Assembly: GCA_019661865.1 (NCBI GenBank)
Contig: JAIFWJ010000003.1
Coordinates: forward strand, 15,441 to 79,440
Direction of reading: 5' to 3'
DNA: 64,000 nucleotides
Source: Candidatus Parcubacteria bacterium
GTDB taxonomy: Bacteria; Patescibacteriota; Minisyncoccia; Phycocordibacterales; Zambryskibacteraceae
Shown: positions 1 to 9,556 of the stretch, in pieces
Layout: every line of letters starts with the position of its first letter
Numbering within the stretch: the first letter of the stretch is position 1
The notes under the pieces: generated by a model
Database searches by the model: none
Seen by the model: the letters and a program-made list of their open reading frames with translations, nothing else
What the model was told of the DNA's origin: nothing
Translations under genes and position numbers: made by a program

Positions 1-459
1 AACTTCGGTTCTATGATTAATTGGGTCCTCAGAGATGAATCCCTCCACCTGAAGTTCGGCATGAACTTGGTCCACAACATCCTAGAAGAGAATCCAGATC
101 TTCTTACAGAAGCCTTCGCTAAAGAGATACGAGACATCGTCATAGAAGGAGTAAATCTTGAGACCGCATATAATAAAGATCTCTTCCCACAAGGAATCCT
201 CGGACTCAATGCAGAATATGTAAACCAATATGTGGAGTATGTGGCAGACAGAAGACTCGATGAACTTGGCCTACCTAAATATTATAATGCTACGAACCCA
301 GCCAAGTGGATGTCTGCAGCCACAGATGTGTATGAACTTGTAAACTTTTTCGAAGCACAGAACACTTCATACGAAGTGGACGGTCACTCAGCTACAGTGA
401 AGAAACATGAAGTGAAGCCAGAAGATGTACCCACAGTGCCTGCCGGAGTAGGGGAATAG
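1..459 (+). CDS. nrdB: ribonucleoside-diphosphate reductase beta subunit (class I RNR R2), C-terminal portion; 5' end lies outside window
   Basis: Reading frame open from window start (ORF 13..459 in same frame); RDESLHL, GLNAEYVNQYVEYV, NPAKW motifs match NrdB C-terminus including acidic R1-binding tail. Confidence 0.8.
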   Translation, partial: NFGSMINWVLRDESLHLKFGMNLVHNILEENPDLLTEAFAKEIRDIVIEGVNLETAYNKDLFPQGILGLNAEYVNQYVEYVADRRLDELGLPKYYNATNPAKWMSAATDVYELVNFFEAQNTSYEVDGHSATVKKHEVKPEDVPTVPAGVGE

Positions 460-463
460 CAAA

Positions 464-487
464 AGCGCGCATGTTTTCATGCGCGCT
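464..487 (+). terminator. perfect 10-bp stem-loop (AGCGCGCATG-TTTT-CATGCGCGCT) just after nrdB stop, followed by a second hairpin (CCTAGCC..GGCTAGG, ~494-514); no clean U-tract
   Basis: inverted repeat read directly from sequence. Confidence 0.4.
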
Positions 488-505
488 CGGGTGAGCCTAG
501 CCGTG

Positions 506-721
506 TTAGGCTAGGATTCTAAGGTGGATACCAACCTGGATAAAGATCGCCACTGCGACGGAGAACGCCGCAATCGATCCATAGAATATCTTTTTCGCGC
601 GTATCACCCTTCTGTCTCCATCTGGTCTTACTCCCGGTGTCGTGAAGATGACCACCAGGATTACGCATAACCCTGGGCAGCCTAGTAGAACAGAGAGTAG
701 ATACCAAAGACTTTCATCCAT
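506..721 (-). CDS. hypothetical small membrane protein
   Basis: 71-aa ORF with hydrophobic segments; no recognisable family. Confidence 0.25.
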   Translation of the reverse strand: MDESLWYLLSVLLGCPGLCVILVVIFTTPGVRPDGDRRVIRAKKIFYGSIAAFSVAVAIFIQVGIHLRILA

Positions 722-729
722 AACCCCTC

Positions 730-751
730 CTATGTTTAAGCTATGTTTAAG
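730..751. repeat. exact tandem duplication CTATGTTTAAG x2 in gap upstream region
   Basis: seen directly; one of five such intergenic 10-13-nt tandem duplications in the window. Confidence 0.7.
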
Positions 752-832
752 ATCCTATCTTTTATAATTATATCATGATGTGTATCAGCTTGTCAAGTGG
801 GGAAATCGGGGCTCAACTTAGCCTCAGAATGT

Positions 833-838
833 TACAAT
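833..838 (+). promoter_or_regulatory. -10-like hexamer TACAAT ending 6 nt before the gap ATG (leaderless-type arrangement)
   Basis: sequence gttacaatagaagcATG; no SD present. Confidence 0.3.
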
Positions 839-844
839 AGAAGC

Positions 845-1882
845 ATGAAAAAAATTCGAGTAGCTGTTAATGGCGCCGGAAGGATCGGCAGAGCATTCTT
901 CAAAATCGCTAAGGAAACACACCCGGAGATTGAAGTTGTGGCATTTAATGACCTTGGTGATGCTGAAAATATTGCATATTTACTTAACTACGACTCTGTA
1001 TATGGTAAATCAGATTTCAAAGCTCGTGCTAAAGAAGATAAGTCTGCCATTGTAATTGACGGCCAAGAAATCAAATTTATTTCTGAGAAGGAACCAACCA
1101 AACTCCCATGGAAGGACCTCGACATCGATGTAGTAGTTGAGTCTACTGGTCTCTTCGTAAGTTATGAGAAGGCCAAGGTACATCTTGATGCTGGAGCCAA
1201 GCGGGTGGTGGTCACAGCCCCAATGAAAGATGATCCAGGTGAAGGTCTCTCTGGTGCGACAGTGCTTATGGGAGTAAATGACGAGAAACTCGAGACGTGT
1301 GTTATCACTTCAAATGCATCTTGTACCACGAATGCCGGCTCGCCTCTTATAGCCATACTAGATGAAGCCATAGGTATAGAGAAAGCAGTTTTAAATACCG
1401 TGCATGGCTACACTGCCACTCAAGCTCTTGTGGATGGTCCGTCTAAGAAGGGTTTCCGCGAGGGTCGTGCAGCAGCAGCAAACATTGTTCCAAGCTCAAC
1501 TGGTGCAGCTATTGCTGTGACTAAGGCATTTCCGAAGCTCGCCGGCCTCTTCGACGGTATCTCTATGCGCGTACCAGTCATTGCAGGATCCATGGTGGAC
1601 ATTACATTCATCGCTAAGCGTGACACCTCAGCAGAAGAAGTGAATGAAATTATGAAGAAGGCTAGTCAAGAAGACCGTTGGAAGAATATTTTCAACGTGA
1701 CAGAAGAAGAGCTAGTCTCTACAGACATACTTGGCTCCCCTTTCGGCTCTATTGCAGATCTTGCCCTAACAAGAGTCATTGGTGGTAACTTAGTTAAGGT
1801 CATGGCCTGGTATGACAACGAAATGGGCTATACTCACACACTTGTAGATCATGTAGCCAAGCTCGGTAAACACGTAAAGTAA
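845..1882 (+). CDS. gap: glyceraldehyde-3-phosphate dehydrogenase
   Basis: NGAGRIGR Rossmann motif and active-site SNASCTTN; ORF track starts at GTG 797 but conserved N-terminus MKKIRVAVNG begins at ATG 845. Confidence 0.9.
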   Translation: MKKIRVAVNGAGRIGRAFFKIAKETHPEIEVVAFNDLGDAENIAYLLNYDSVYGKSDFKARAKEDKSAIVIDGQEIKFISEKEPTKLPWKDLDIDVVVESTGLFVSYEKAKVHLDAGAKRVVVTAPMKDDPGEGLSGATVLMGVNDEKLETCVITSNASCTTNAGSPLIAILDEAIGIEKAVLNTVHGYTATQALVDGPSKKGFREGRAAAANIVPSSTGAAIAVTKAFPKLAGLFDGISMRVPVIAGSMVDITFIAKRDTSAEEVNEIMKKASQEDRWKNIFNVTEEELVSTDILGSPFGSIADLALTRVIGGNLVKVMAWYDNEMGYTHTLVDHVAKLGKHVK

Positions 1883-1896
1883 ATTATAAATAAATT

Positions 1897-2370
1897 ATGA
1901 AAATATTTGTCGGAGCAGATCATGCGGGGTTCGGGATGAAGGAGGTTCTACTTCCATATCTTCAGAGTCTCGGACATGATGTAGTAGACAAGGGCGCATA
2001 TGAATACTCAGAAGAAGACGACTATCCGGATTTTATTATCCCCGTTGCACGTGAGGTCTCATTACATCCGAATGAAGTTAGAGGCATAGTTCTCGGTGGT
2101 TCCGGTCAGGGAGAAGCCATGTGTGCTAACAGATTCCACAATGTGCGGGCTGTAGTCTACTATGCTCCAGGTAACTCCCGTGTAGAAGAGTCGGACTCCA
2201 TAATCAAACTATCTCGTGAACATAACAACGGTAACATCCTCTCACTAGGAGCGAGGTTTATAACAGAAGATGAGATGAAGGAAGTGGTAAAGGAGTGGCT
2301 CAATACTCCGTTCTCAGAAGATGAGAGGCATAAGAGAAGACTAAATAAGGTAGACCGCATACATGAATAA
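1897..2370 (+). CDS. rpiB: ribose-5-phosphate isomerase B (RpiB/LacAB family)
   Basis: MKIFVGADHAGF... typical RpiB N-terminus and length (157 aa). Confidence 0.85.
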   Translation: MKIFVGADHAGFGMKEVLLPYLQSLGHDVVDKGAYEYSEEDDYPDFIIPVAREVSLHPNEVRGIVLGGSGQGEAMCANRFHNVRAVVYYAPGNSRVEESDSIIKLSREHNNGNILSLGARFITEDEMKEVVKEWLNTPFSEDERHKRRLNKVDRIHE

Positions 2371-3052
2371 CTATGAGGTCATTCCGGCAATCTTGCCAAA
2401 GGATTTCAAGGATTTAGAAGAAAAGATCAAGATGATAATAGGTGGAGTGCCAGTGGTGCATATAGACGCAACTGATGGGTCTATGACACCAGGGAAGACG
2501 TGGCCATATGCTCTAGGAGAGAAGGTTGAAGTGCCCTTCAAGGAAGAATTTAACTTCGAGGCACATCTCATGGTACTAAACCCTGGCAGAATCATAGATG
2601 ACTGGGTGAAAGCTGGAGCAGAAAGAGTCATTTTCCAAATAGAAGCATTCCAAGTTGAAGATAGTATAGATAAGCTCATTCAAACCTTGCGTGATAGAAG
2701 TGATGCGGGAAGTAGTTATCTTGGGCTCGAGATCGGACTAGCTGTTAACTTAAACACTCCGCTATCTAGAGTGATGCCGTACATAGATAGAGTCGACTTC
2801 TTGCATCTTATGTCTATCGCGGAGATCGGAAGACAGGGGAATCCGTTTGATAATAGGATTTATGAGAGGATAACCGAATTGAAGAAAGACAATCCAGAAC
2901 TTATAATAAGTATCGACGGAGGTGTAGGCTTGGATAATGCAGAAGAGCTTTTGCACTGTGGTGCGGATAGACTGATAGTCGGCTCGGCGATATTTAAAGC
3001 AGAGAATCCCGAGCAGGTCCTCGAAGATCTTAAAAATTTAGTTCATGTCTAG
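2363..3052 (+). CDS. rpe: ribulose-phosphate 3-epimerase
   Basis: IPAILPKDF, VHIDATDG, HLMV, VNLNTP, DGGV, GADRLIVGSAIF motifs align along the length of Rpe; start overlaps rpiB stop (ATGA). Confidence 0.85.
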   Translation: MNNYEVIPAILPKDFKDLEEKIKMIIGGVPVVHIDATDGSMTPGKTWPYALGEKVEVPFKEEFNFEAHLMVLNPGRIIDDWVKAGAERVIFQIEAFQVEDSIDKLIQTLRDRSDAGSSYLGLEIGLAVNLNTPLSRVMPYIDRVDFLHLMSIAEIGRQGNPFDNRIYERITELKKDNPELIISIDGGVGLDNAEELLHCGADRLIVGSAIFKAENPEQVLEDLKNLVHV

Positions 3053-3911
3053 ACTTAGAGAAGATGAGAAGCAAGAGCTCGAGATGCGGGCCAATGACAT
3101 CCGTATCTCTATTATAGATATGCTCCTTCAAGCAGGATCAGGTCACACAGCTGGCCCCTTGGGTATGGCAGACATATTTACTGTTCTCTACTTTCATACA
3201 CTTAAACATGACCCTAAAAACTCTTCATGGCCCGAGCGCGACAGAGTGGTCTTAAGTAATGGCCACATATGCCCGGTCCTTTATGCCACCATGGCGCACG
3301 CAGGATACTTCGCTCTCGAAGAACTTAAGACTCTTCGTAAGTTCGGTTCCCGCTTACAGGGACATCCTCACAGGGACTTCCTCCCAGCACTTGAGACTTC
3401 ATCAGGGCCACTTGCCTCTGGACTCGCACAAGCCACGGGTATGGCACTTGCAGACAAGATAGATGTGAAGGACGGTGATAGACAGATCTACTGCCTACTC
3501 TCTGATGGAGAACTCGAGTCTGGGGCTATATGGGAGGCCGCCATGCTTGCCGGGAAAAATAGACTCCGGAACTTAACTGCGGTAATTGACCGCAACAATA
3601 TACAAATAGATGGATACACTGAAGACATCATGCCACTCGAGTCACTCTCAGATAAGTGGCGAGCGTGGAACTGGCATGTCATAGAAGTAGATGGACATAA
3701 TATGGAGGAGATTAGTGACGCCTTCGATGAAGCTAAGGCTGTCTATGAGCACCCGACAGTCATCATTGCGCACACTATACCGGGGCGTGGTGTGAAGGAA
3801 TTTGAGCGCGACTATCGCTGGCACGGCAAGCCGCCAAATAAAGAAGAGGCTGAGATGGCACTGAATGAGCTGAGAACATTAGGAGGTAAAATAATAAGCG
3901 AACATGAATAA
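3045..3911 (+). CDS. tkt: transketolase, N-terminal (TPP-binding) subunit of a split transketolase
   Basis: GSGHTAGPLGMADI, HPHRD motif region; 288 aa = N-terminal half only. Confidence 0.85.
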   Translation: MSRLREDEKQELEMRANDIRISIIDMLLQAGSGHTAGPLGMADIFTVLYFHTLKHDPKNSSWPERDRVVLSNGHICPVLYATMAHAGYFALEELKTLRKFGSRLQGHPHRDFLPALETSSGPLASGLAQATGMALADKIDVKDGDRQIYCLLSDGELESGAIWEAAMLAGKNRLRNLTAVIDRNNIQIDGYTEDIMPLESLSDKWRAWNWHVIEVDGHNMEEISDAFDEAKAVYEHPTVIIAHTIPGRGVKEFERDYRWHGKPPNKEEAEMALNELRTLGGKIISEHE

Positions 3912-4227
3912 CATAAAGACTTTATCTATCTTTGAAAAAATATATTTCTTTCTTGCCCTAGCCGCCTGGTTATTTTGTATTTATATTGCATTCCTATTCT
4001 TTAATCCCTCAACTAGTGAAGGCATCGGTTGGTTTACGCTCACTATCATAGCCTCTCCTCTTACATGGATTTTTGTAATATTGAGCTTAGTGATGGGCAT
4101 TAGATCGTTTAGTAATAAAGCTAAAACTACAAACCCAACTTGGTTTAAATGGTATTGCAGGATTACTGCTGCCCCAATTATCTATGTCCTTGTCAGGATA
4201 TTGGTAAACATTCTAATTAATGATTAA
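3904..4227 (+). CDS. hypothetical small membrane protein (3 predicted TM helices) inserted between transketolase halves
   Basis: ATG overlaps tkt-N stop (ATGAATAA) and its TAA overlaps tkt-C ATG (ATGATTAA); region is markedly AT-rich compared with neighbours. Confidence 0.35.
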   Translation: MNNIKTLSIFEKIYFFLALAAWLFCIYIAFLFFNPSTSEGIGWFTLTIIASPLTWIFVILSLVMGIRSFSNKAKTTNPTWFKWYCRITAAPIIYVLVRILVNILIND

Positions 4228-5200
4228 CAACGAATTAAAATTAAATACGAAAGTTTTCGACAAGGATGTCGAGCAAGTTCCTATACGCAAGGGCTTCGGT
4301 GAAGGTCTTCTCCAAGCTGGGATAGATAATCCGCAAGTGGTGGGACTCTGCGCAGATCTTACTGAGTCGACGCAGATGCATCTTTTTAAGGATAAGTTTC
4401 CAAACAGGTTTGTGGAGATTGGTGTAGCAGAACAGAACTTGGCGGCTGTAGCATCGGGCATGGCAGCAGCGGGGAAGATCCCGTTTATCACTTCTTATGC
4501 AATGTTTTCTCCAGGAAGAAACTGGGAACAGATCAGAACCACTATTTGTTATAACAACAGGCCGGTAAAGATTGCTGGGAGCCATGCGGGCGTATCTGTT
4601 GGGCCTGACGGAGGAACACATCAAGCAGTGGAGGACATGGCCATCATGAGAGTTATACCACGTATGATTGTTATCTCTCCGTGTGATGCAGTAGAGGCCA
4701 AGAAAGCGACGATGGAGGCAGCCAAGACTGGCACTCCAGTATATATAAGACTTGCTCGTGAGAAGACGCCTATTATGACGACTGTCGAGACTCCGTTTCA
4801 AATAGGAAAGGCCCAAACCTTCTGGGAATCGTCGAAGCCGAAGGTGGGTATCATTGCCACAGGTGCACTAGTACACAAGGCATTACTTGCAGCACAGGCA
4901 CTTAAAGAAGAGAAGATAGATGTGGAAGTTCTAAACCTTGCGACCATTAAGCCACTTGACGAAGAAGCGGTCATAAAACTTGCGAAAAAGACTAAGAGAA
5001 TTGTCACAGTGGAGGAGCACCAGGTACACGGGGGTATGGGAAGCGCTGTAGCGGAGTGCCTAGCCAAGGACTTTCCCGTACCAATGAGATTTATCGGAGT
5101 TCAGGATGAGTTCGGCCAGTCTGGGACTCCAGGGGAGCTTATAGAGCACTATGGTATGGGAGAAAAGAGCATTATAAAAGCAGTAAAAGAGCTCCTATAG
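4220..5200 (+). CDS. tkt: transketolase, C-terminal (pyrimidine-binding plus C-terminal domain) subunit
   Basis: VEIGVAEQNLAAVASGMAAAGKIPF and transketolase C-domain features. Confidence 0.85.
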   Translation: MINNELKLNTKVFDKDVEQVPIRKGFGEGLLQAGIDNPQVVGLCADLTESTQMHLFKDKFPNRFVEIGVAEQNLAAVASGMAAAGKIPFITSYAMFSPGRNWEQIRTTICYNNRPVKIAGSHAGVSVGPDGGTHQAVEDMAIMRVIPRMIVISPCDAVEAKKATMEAAKTGTPVYIRLAREKTPIMTTVETPFQIGKAQTFWESSKPKVGIIATGALVHKALLAAQALKEEKIDVEVLNLATIKPLDEEAVIKLAKKTKRIVTVEEHQVHGGMGSAVAECLAKDFPVPMRFIGVQDEFGQSGTPGELIEHYGMGEKSIIKAVKELL

Positions 5201-5296
5201 CATCCCGACTTCATAGTTGTGGGGATAGCGGAGTAGCATTCCTTGCCACAGGCGATAGCATATAGATATACAAATAATCATTAATTTAAGTAATTT

Positions 5297-7423
5297 ATGA
5301 AGAGAATTCTTCCTGTGGCCTTGTTACTCTTGGTTCTTACTCCTGTATTCTCTAATGCTCAAAGCTCGAGCGCCTGTACTCCCCAGAGTTCTATAAGCGA
5401 CTCTGCATGTATAAGTCTTATCCAGGAACTTCTAGCCCAGATAGCAGTACTCCAAAAACTTATTCTGCAGATAATTTCTAATCAAGGTTTGACAGCCACA
5501 AAGCCCAACGATGTTAAACCCTCTATACCTATAGATACTTCAAACATTAATGCCTCCTTGCCTACAATAAATAATTACGGAAAGGATAGCATTGTATCAG
5601 GAGAATCAGCTACGTTCCAATTAGGCAAGTATCCGAAAACGGCAGCTAAATGGGTGCTTACAGTCTCATGTCCTGTAGGAATAAATATAAATCAGAAAGG
5701 AGGAGGTTGTTCGAGTGGCACAATGGATACCATAATCTTAACTAATGGGGATCCAACAATAGAAAATTGGTCTATTACTGCTACCAACCTTACCTCATAC
5801 AAGCAGACAGTAGTAGCGACATTTGGGGCTTTCGATAGTGTTGGCAAGAGTCTTGGTAAAAGTCAGGCCACTCTAACTGTTTTACCACCAAACACTGTAG
5901 TAGATGCAGCTCCAACAGTTGATATAAAAGTATCACAAACTACTTGGGATGGTCCTATAACTATCCCATACAACACAGCTGAATTTCTTGCATGGACGTC
6001 GACAAATGCTAGTTATTGCTATGGTTCTAAGACTGGCTCAGGAACTTGGGGTGGTTCTCTTCCATTATCTGGTACTCAAACCACTGGAAGCATAACGAGT
6101 AATACAACCTTTACCGTCACATGTCAGGATGCAAGTGGAAGGGTGGCCAGTGACAGTATTGTATTTAACGTTCAGAATGCTATTAGTAGTGGTCCTACAG
6201 TAGATCTAAAGGTTGGAGATTCAGACGGACCAATCACAGTTCCAAGCAACACAACTAAGAATCTAAGTTGGAATTCAACCAATGCATCACATTGTTCTGG
6301 ATATTCATCTGGTCCAGGTGTCTGGGGCGGGGTCATGGCACTCAGTGGCACTATAAGCACGGGTAACATTACAACCGGAACCACTTTCACCATAAATTGC
6401 CAAAACGCTACGGGGCAAAATGCTTCAGACAGCATAATAATAAACGTCGGTGCTGTTACTACCACCGGTTCCGGACCGATAGTCTCTCTGTATGCCAATA
6501 ATAGTTCTGTAAGTCCAGGTACACCTGTTACTCTCAACTGGAGCTCGAATGATACTAGTACTAATACTGCCTACTGTTACTCACAACAGTTCCAAACCAA
6601 TAACGCCCTTCGCGGACAAGTCATTGTATACCCTCAGACCACCACGCTTTATGAAGTGACATGCAATAACCAGTATGGTAGTTCTAAGGCAAGTGCAACA
6701 GTCTCTGTAAATTCGGTGTCAAATGCTCCAGTGAGTGTCTCTCTCTCAGCATCACCATCAACAATATCATTAGGACAGTCTACAAGACTTTCTTGGACAG
6801 TGTCAGACAATGCTACCTCATGTACCAAGAGCTGGGGAGGAAATACTAGTCCGATGACTGGATATCAAGATGTTTATCCAACCTCAGGCACTTCTTATAC
6901 CATCACCTGTTACAACGGCAACAGTAGCCAGAGCGCTTACACAACCGTTTCTCTTATACCTGCTTCGACCGTTGATGAATATACAGTAGGGTATAACCAA
7001 ACCTCTAGCATCTCACTCTCAAGCTCGGAGAAAACAGCTGTATACGAGTACCCATCGAGTCCATGTGGTACTCTAATGACCCAGTTCTTATACCCAGGAA
7101 GTGTTTCGGCAAGTGGTGGACCAGTATACAACGCAGCTGCTGCCCAATGCAGCACTACTGCCGGCAATACTCCTAACACCGCTACATTTAGAGTTTACTC
7201 TTGTCAGAACTTTAGCGACCCTTCGACCACAGCGGTCCGTGCTCGTGCCACGTTTGCCTTCCAGTGTTTGCTTCCATATATCTCTATACCTCCGTCTACT
7301 CCACCAACTACCAACACTAGTGGGGGAGTACATGTCTCGATGTCAGGAAATTCCGATATTGCAAATGTGCTAAGTGGAGTACAGGCGCTACTAAACAGTA
7401 TTTCTGCAGGATTGAATCAATAA
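5297..7423 (+). CDS. large secreted Ser/Thr-rich surface protein with 4-5 tandem Ig-like ~85-aa repeats
   Basis: N-terminal signal peptide; repeated pattern L.W.STNAS.C....G.WGG...LSG....G.ITT.TTFT..C.N..G...S.SI..NV seen at least four times. Confidence 0.6.
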   Translation: MKRILPVALLLLVLTPVFSNAQSSSACTPQSSISDSACISLIQELLAQIAVLQKLILQIISNQGLTATKPNDVKPSIPIDTSNINASLPTINNYGKDSIVSGESATFQLGKYPKTAAKWVLTVSCPVGININQKGGGCSSGTMDTIILTNGDPTIENWSITATNLTSYKQTVVATFGAFDSVGKSLGKSQATLTVLPPNTVVDAAPTVDIKVSQTTWDGPITIPYNTAEFLAWTSTNASYCYGSKTGSGTWGGSLPLSGTQTTGSITSNTTFTVTCQDASGRVASDSIVFNVQNAISSGPTVDLKVGDSDGPITVPSNTTKNLSWNSTNASHCSGYSSGPGVWGGVMALSGTISTGNITTGTTFTINCQNATGQNASDSIIINVGAVTTTGSGPIVSLYANNSSVSPGTPVTLNWSSNDTSTNTAYCYSQQFQTNNALRGQVIVYPQTTTLYEVTCNNQYGSSKASATVSVNSVSNAPVSVSLSASPSTISLGQSTRLSWTVSDNATSCTKSWGGNTSPMTGYQDVYPTSGTSYTITCYNGNSSQSAYTTVSLIPASTVDEYTVGYNQTSSISLSSSEKTAVYEYPSSPCGTLMTQFLYPGSVSASGGPVYNAAAAQCSTTAGNTPNTATFRVYSCQNFSDPSTTAVRARATFAFQCLLPYISIPPSTPPTTNTSGGVHVSMSGNSDIANVLSGVQALLNSISAGLNQ

Positions 7424-7433
7424 TTACTTAAAG

Positions 7434-8420
7434 TTATTTAAGAGGGGAGGGTCTGAAGTCCTCAGGGGCCTTCTTCAAGAGTGTCTCTAATTTCTTTCTA
7501 GAGAGTAAGCCTTTCTGTGCACCAACTTCTTGGACCACTGACATGGAGTTCACCGCACCCCATTGTAGAGCAGTAGGAAGATCTTTACCGAGTATGAGTG
7601 CTGCTACTGTGGTGGAAGCGAAAGCATCTCCAGCTCCTGTGCGTTCGAAGGCTGGTTTCTGATCTGGATAAGGGGGCACGAACCACATATCTCTACCATC
7701 GTGTGCGTATGCGCCTTTAGGGCCATCAGTTATGACCACCATGTCGGGGCCCAAATCTCGCATCCTCTTCAGAAGTTCACCTGTTCCAAGTGTATTAATA
7801 CCTAAGATTCTTTCAGCTTCTTCTACGTTACAAAAGAATATCTGACTCCTTTTATATATATCTTTAAGTTCATCAAGACCCAATTTCATTTGGAATGTCC
7901 CAGGCTGAAACGCAAGCTTAACTCCAGGATGCTTGTGGAGATATGCGGCGACTTCATGGTGATAGTCCTTGGTGTGATCAGCTAGAGAGGAAAGATAAAT
8001 CCATTTTGGCTCAGCGAGCTTGGGAAGTTTGTATTTATAAGCCTGATGCTTGACCAATATGGTTCTGTCGCTCTCGTACCATAGTACATAATGATAATTA
8101 GTTTCTTTACCTTTATGTATTTTTATATATTTTGTGTCTACCCTATTCTGCCTTAGTGTCTGTAGACACTCTTTGCCATTCTGGTCGGCTCCAATATTGG
8201 CCACCAGTGCTGAGGAGAGTCCAAGACGAGCAGCAGATACACTAGCATTCGAACTATTGCCCACAGCCCGGATAACCTCTACAGACTCATAAGGAATCTT
8301 GTCTCCGAACTTCATGGTAATGGTGCAGTGCTCCTCGTTTATATCGCAGTTCACGGTGGCCTCTCGGAGCTTGATGAAGGCGTCAGTAACTATATCTCCT
8401 ATGGCTACAAAATCATGCAT
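7434..8420 (-). CDS. PfkB-family carbohydrate/ribokinase-like kinase
   Basis: GAGDAFASTTV...DLP motif near C-terminus; conserved N-terminus MHDFVAIGDIVTD begins at ATG 8420 (track ORF extends to 8492). Confidence 0.75.
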   Translation of the reverse strand: MHDFVAIGDIVTDAFIKLREATVNCDINEEHCTITMKFGDKIPYESVEVIRAVGNSSNASVSAARLGLSSALVANIGADQNGKECLQTLRQNRVDTKYIKIHKGKETNYHYVLWYESDRTILVKHQAYKYKLPKLAEPKWIYLSSLADHTKDYHHEVAAYLHKHPGVKLAFQPGTFQMKLGLDELKDIYKRSQIFFCNVEEAERILGINTLGTGELLKRMRDLGPDMVVITDGPKGAYAHDGRDMWFVPPYPDQKPAFERTGAGDAFASTTVAALILGKDLPTALQWGAVNSMSVVQEVGAQKGLLSRKKLETLLKKAPEDFRPSPLK

Positions 8421-8475
8421 TTGAAATATTGTATCACGCCTGGTACTCTCTTGTGAGACTCGTTCCGGGGGAAAT

Positions 8476-9507
8476 ATGAATACCGAACTCATTACTGCAA
8501 TCAGAGAAAGACGAGGGTGTCTCAGTCATCTCCGCACACAAAGAGGAAGAAGGCGTTTCGATACTTCTCTAGATGATCCGTTCTACATGGAAGACGACTT
8601 TGTCTCCGACGAGGCGAAAATTCTCCTGAGTAAGACTTATCGACTGTTAGGTAAGAAAACCCAAGTGTTGACTCTGTCGTCAATCCCGTTTCTCAGAAAT
8701 CGAATTATTCATGTTGGTGAAGTGGTAGGAATCTCGGTAGTAATCGCAGAGATTCTGGGTCTCAATATAAGCCTGGTCAGATCCATTGCCCTCGGTCACG
8801 ATTTGGGGCATGTGCCCTATGGACATCCAGGTGAGGCCCATATGGCAAAGCGTATGAGGCTACCAGAGTTCTGCCACGAGGTAATGGGCCCAATTGTTCT
8901 CCAGAAGATTGAACGAAAGGGTAAAGGTCTCAATCTCACCTTCGAGACTCTTGATGGGATGATGCGGCACAGCGGGAACACTGAGCGTGAGGACATGACT
9001 CAGGAGGCCTGGGTGGTAAGGTTCGCTGACAAGTTCGCATATATTTTCGCGGACTACAGCGACTTAGTCCAACGCATGGTATTCCCAGTTTCTCATGAGC
9101 TCGTAAGTGCGATGGCAGAATTCGGACGCGACCATCGGACAAGGACTTCTACAGCCATTGCTGGGCTCATTATCGAATCTGCAGAGAAGGGCAAGGTGAG
9201 TTTTAAACATTCCGATCTCGCACACAAGTTCAACCACCTCCGCGACTTGATGATGAAGCTGTATGTCAGGGCTACAGAGCAAGATATGACCCCGATCCTT
9301 GACCCGGTGATCGAGTATCTAGGGAAACTCGAGATAGGCAACCCATATCTTCTCCTTGCTCTCATGACTGATGAAGACGTGGCCTTCCTAAACAGTAACC
9401 GAAGTAAGAATGTCACTTTGCTTCAGCATACTGCTCTTCGTGAGAGGTTACCTTATATAGAGGACCTCGGCGATATAGACCTCTGTAATCCAGATCTAGA
9501 CTGGTAG
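8476..9507 (+). CDS. HD-domain dNTP triphosphohydrolase (dGTPase-like)
   Basis: YRLLGKKTQV and ALGHDLGHVPYGHPGE HD motif typical of Dgt-like enzymes. Confidence 0.65.
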   Translation: MNTELITAIRERRGCLSHLRTQRGRRRFDTSLDDPFYMEDDFVSDEAKILLSKTYRLLGKKTQVLTLSSIPFLRNRIIHVGEVVGISVVIAEILGLNISLVRSIALGHDLGHVPYGHPGEAHMAKRMRLPEFCHEVMGPIVLQKIERKGKGLNLTFETLDGMMRHSGNTEREDMTQEAWVVRFADKFAYIFADYSDLVQRMVFPVSHELVSAMAEFGRDHRTRTSTAIAGLIIESAEKGKVSFKHSDLAHKFNHLRDLMMKLYVRATEQDMTPILDPVIEYLGKLEIGNPYLLLALMTDEDVAFLNSNRSKNVTLLQHTALRERLPYIEDLGDIDLCNPDLDW

Positions 9508-9528
9508 CTCCCAAAGGGAGCTTTTTTA
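9506..9528 (+). terminator. rho-independent terminator AGCTCCC-AAA-GGGAGCT + TTTTTT
   Basis: hairpin plus U-tract immediately after stop of HD-domain gene. Confidence 0.7.
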
Positions 9529-9556
9529 TGTCAGGATAATTGATACAATTATGTGA

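Noticed and set aside
4241-4816. 191-aa minus-strand ORF
   Set aside because: Antisense within the transketolase C-terminal subunit gene.
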